Origin: Macrostomum lignano
Lineage: Eukaryota
DNA: 64,000 bases
Assembly (NCBI GenBank): GCA_002269645.1
Contig: NIVC01003347.1
Span: forward strand, 39,144-103,143
Direction of reading: 5' to 3'
The notes under the pieces are model-generated. The model was given only the letters and a program-made list of their open reading frames with translations. It was not told the DNA's origin and searched no databases. The position numbers were made by a program, and so were the translations under genes. Within the stretch, counting starts at the first letter, position 1, and each line of letters opens with the position of its first letter. This document shows positions 61,336 to 64,000 of this stretch, one piece after another.

Positions 61336-62020
61336 CCCTATACTATATGAATGGGAGAACCACAAAGCATCTCGGCTTTGTCTTTACCTGTGCCGTAGTT
61401 TAACTCTGTGTTGTCTCTTTGGGTGAAAGACGGTGGAAGTGTATTAGTCAGATAAGAACAAAGGTATGTTTCAATATTCGTTTTCAATTTAGAACGCCAT
61501 TTGCTATGGAGTCCAAAGTATACATTTTTAGGGATAGTTTTTCTGTAGCTATCGTTTTTAATGTCCTATGCTTACTTTAAGTTGTTTTGTTATAAAATCG
61601 TGTTATAATGCCCTTTGCTGTCAGTTTGTTATTGTCATTCTACTCGTAATATTATTATCAAATAGAACATTTTTTCTTACTTTCTGTTCTCATTTGGCCA
61701 ATTCTAATTTACGTTATCTGCTTAGTTGATAGGCAAGTTATGCCTTGTAGTTTATGTGGAACTATTGCCCACACCGGTCCCGAAATAATCAATAATATAG
61801 TCTTGATAGTCTGCAACAAGAAAAACAAAACAATAAACAAATACAAACATGCACACACAATTTAACCACTACAATTTGTCATCGTGTGTAATTACGCATC
61901 TTTGTAGTTTCTCTCATTTCGTAGTCCATTTTATTGTAGACTGTGCTATAATTGATTAACTTTAATGGTCGAAGAGTCTTAGGGTTGGAATTCATTGTGC
62001 CGATAGGACTTTGATCGGGT

Positions 62021-62583
62021 TGATTGTGCTTGTGCTTGATTACATGATATTGATTCTGTGTAGTGCTTGATTGCATGATATTGATTGTGTGTAGTGCTTG
62101 GTTGCATGATATTGATTGTGTGTAGTGCTTGGTTGCATGATATTGATTGTGTGTAGTGCTTGGTTGCATGATATTGATTGTGTTTAGTGCTTGGTTACAT
62201 GATATTGATTGTGTGTAGTGCTTGGTTGCATGATATTGATTGTGTGTAGTGCTTGGTTGCATGATATTGATTGTGTGTAGTGCTTGGTTGCATGATATTG
62301 ATTGTGTGAGGTGCTTGATTGCATGATATTGATTGTGCTTGTGCTTGATTACATGATATTGATTGTGCTTGTGCTTGATTACATGATATTGATTATGCTT
62401 AGTGCTTGATTTCATGATATTGATTCTGTGTAGTGCTTGATTGCATGATATTGATTATGCTTAGTGCTTGATTTCATGATATTGATTCTGTGTAGTGCTT
62501 GATTGCATGGTATTGATTGTATGTACTGCTTGATTGCATGATATTGATTGTGTGTTGTCCTTAGTCCTAATTGCATGATATTG
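62021..62583. repeat. 31-bp TG-rich minisatellite, about 18 copies
   Basis: Unit gcatgatattgattgtgtgtagtgcttggtt with variants. Confidence 0.93.
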
Positions 62584-64000
62584 CAGTTTTAGATTTGCTT
62601 GTGTCTGCTGAGCAAACGTATATAATTTATGTAAAAATATACCCAAACAAGTCAACGTAGCACTTACGTAAAAGTGCTCACATTTTCTCACTGCCACAAA
62701 TTACGGCCGAAGCTTTTTTCAGCAGAGGAACTTTAGTACTTATTACGTAAAATCGACTGATGAGTACAAGGCAGTAGGCGGGTAGGCGGTTGTGTAAGAG
62801 TCACTGAATCTCAGGTACTGAAGAGGATCAAGCACCAGCATCAGGCACTGAAGCAGCATTTAACTAATATTCAAATTGTGCACGCGTTAACAGTTTCAGC
62901 CTTCAGTCAACTAAATGCAAATCTCAGGTGTAGCTGCAGGATGACTCAAACCGCTGGTTTGTATCCTGACACATGACACGACACACGACTCATCACTTGC
63001 ACAACTTATCTATTAGTCATGTTTCAAACATGGTAGGTGCTTCATCTGGACCAGACAGGCTTGTTGGTTTCTCTTGCTCAATTTTATGAAGTTAATCGAT
63101 TAATAAAGATTAATAATACTAAAACAACTTTTCACCTGCCCTGTTAACTTTGACTGCATTTATTGTTTTTTTGACTCTGATTTTCACTTAACTTTCACTT
63201 AGTCAAATGTACTGTTGTCATTTCCTATTCTGCTCACAGATACTAAAATAACTATGGGCCACTCAGACATATATACTTAGTAAAACAGCTTTCTACTTTC
63301 AGTTCAGTAGCAAAGAATACATAAAGCTATTTTATAAAAACAAGGCAGCTGAAATGACTTTGATAAGTTTGCTAAGGCGTAAACAAATTACTAATTAGTT
63401 CAGTGGTAATGTACATTAGCCAGTCCCTGAAATGTACATGGCCGCTTTAGGCTGGAATTCCGAGAAGGCAATAAAAATTGGGGCGGGCGGGGTAGTGTGG
63501 AAAGGCGCGATTGGAGGCTTAAGTGGGGGTAAGAGCCAATAAATGAACCTTTGCGTTAAAAATACATTAAAATGCTTACCGTTTAACTTGCTACTGAACT
63601 CTAAGTAACTTACACGCAAATGTGCTGAGTGGCCCATCTAGTTATTCTAGTATCTGTGATTCTGCAAAGATTTATGTAAACGTTATATGGAAGTTGCTCA
63701 TGTTTTTGTGAAAAATTAGCGATAATAATAATAATGCAAATGTCTTGCTTTTCGATATCTATTTAAAACAATCAGGACCGCCTAAAAATTTACAATCTTG
63801 TTACTACTCGTCACTAGTACAATTAGTAAGCATGATTATTTTTATCTTTCGCTGGTGTGTTAAAGTGGAGGGCTGGTTTGCTGACTGTAGCTGGGATTAC
63901 AATGTCATTTGCCTCTTTCATGTAAGATTTGCAATCCAATTATGTGCGGATTGGTTTCCTATCAGGTCTGCTAAAGCAGAAGATTGTCAATTTTGCTTTC

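Noticed and set aside
8852-62583. Tandem arrays (27, 31, 39, 40, 52, 58, 59 bp) as possible CRISPR arrays
   Set aside because: Units are contiguous with no unique spacers, no cas genes are present, and the context is eukaryotic.
62021-62583. CA-rich repeat near hnRNP L as an autoregulatory hnRNP L binding array
   Set aside because: The CA-rich strand is the minus strand; the hnRNP L sense transcript would be UG-rich here. The 178-aa minus ORF is repeat-derived.
62758-62800. CTGATGAG as a second hammerhead core (also near 11166 and 42251)
   Set aside because: No downstream GAAA plus NUH with pairable stems.

Overview
Eukaryotic (metazoan invertebrate) genomic DNA. It has GT-AG introns, a protocadherin and many minisatellites; by inference it is a lophotrochozoan, possibly a flatworm such as Macrostomum. 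I can support seven host genes: an odd-skipped-related zinc-finger gene (+, 6.2-7.8 kb), an essentially single-exon DEG/ENaC channel (-, 12.0-13.7 kb), a 7-cadherin-repeat protocadherin (-, 18.7-26.0 kb), a two-domain cyclic-nucleotide-binding protein (-, 30.4-32.9 kb) head-to-head with a highly atypical Rab-like GTPase (+, 33.5-35.1 kb), an ABCG2-like half-transporter with a very long N-terminus (-, 36.4-42.3 kb), and an intronless hnRNP L (+, 58.6-60.2 kb). A Q-rich exon of an unidentified gene lies at the left edge. From 43.4 to 58.3 kb is a transposon graveyard: a decayed RNase-H-bearing LINE, a 2.2-kb long-TIR PIF/Harbinger-ISL2EU-like element, a Tc1/IS630 mini-element keeping only its DNA-binding domain, Helitron-like ends, and a Penelope-like element with an 11-bp TSD, an inverted copy of its own 3' end and a degenerate hammerhead ribozyme. 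A sharply bounded CpG desert (none seen across about 1.8 kb) lies just upstream of hnRNP L. There is no evidence for rRNA, tRNA genes or CRISPR. I found no unambiguous new system. The best leads are the CpG desert, the pseudo-GTPase/CNBD gene pair, the HTH-only mini-transposon and the Penelope insertion architecture. All family assignments come from motif recognition by eye, not database searches.
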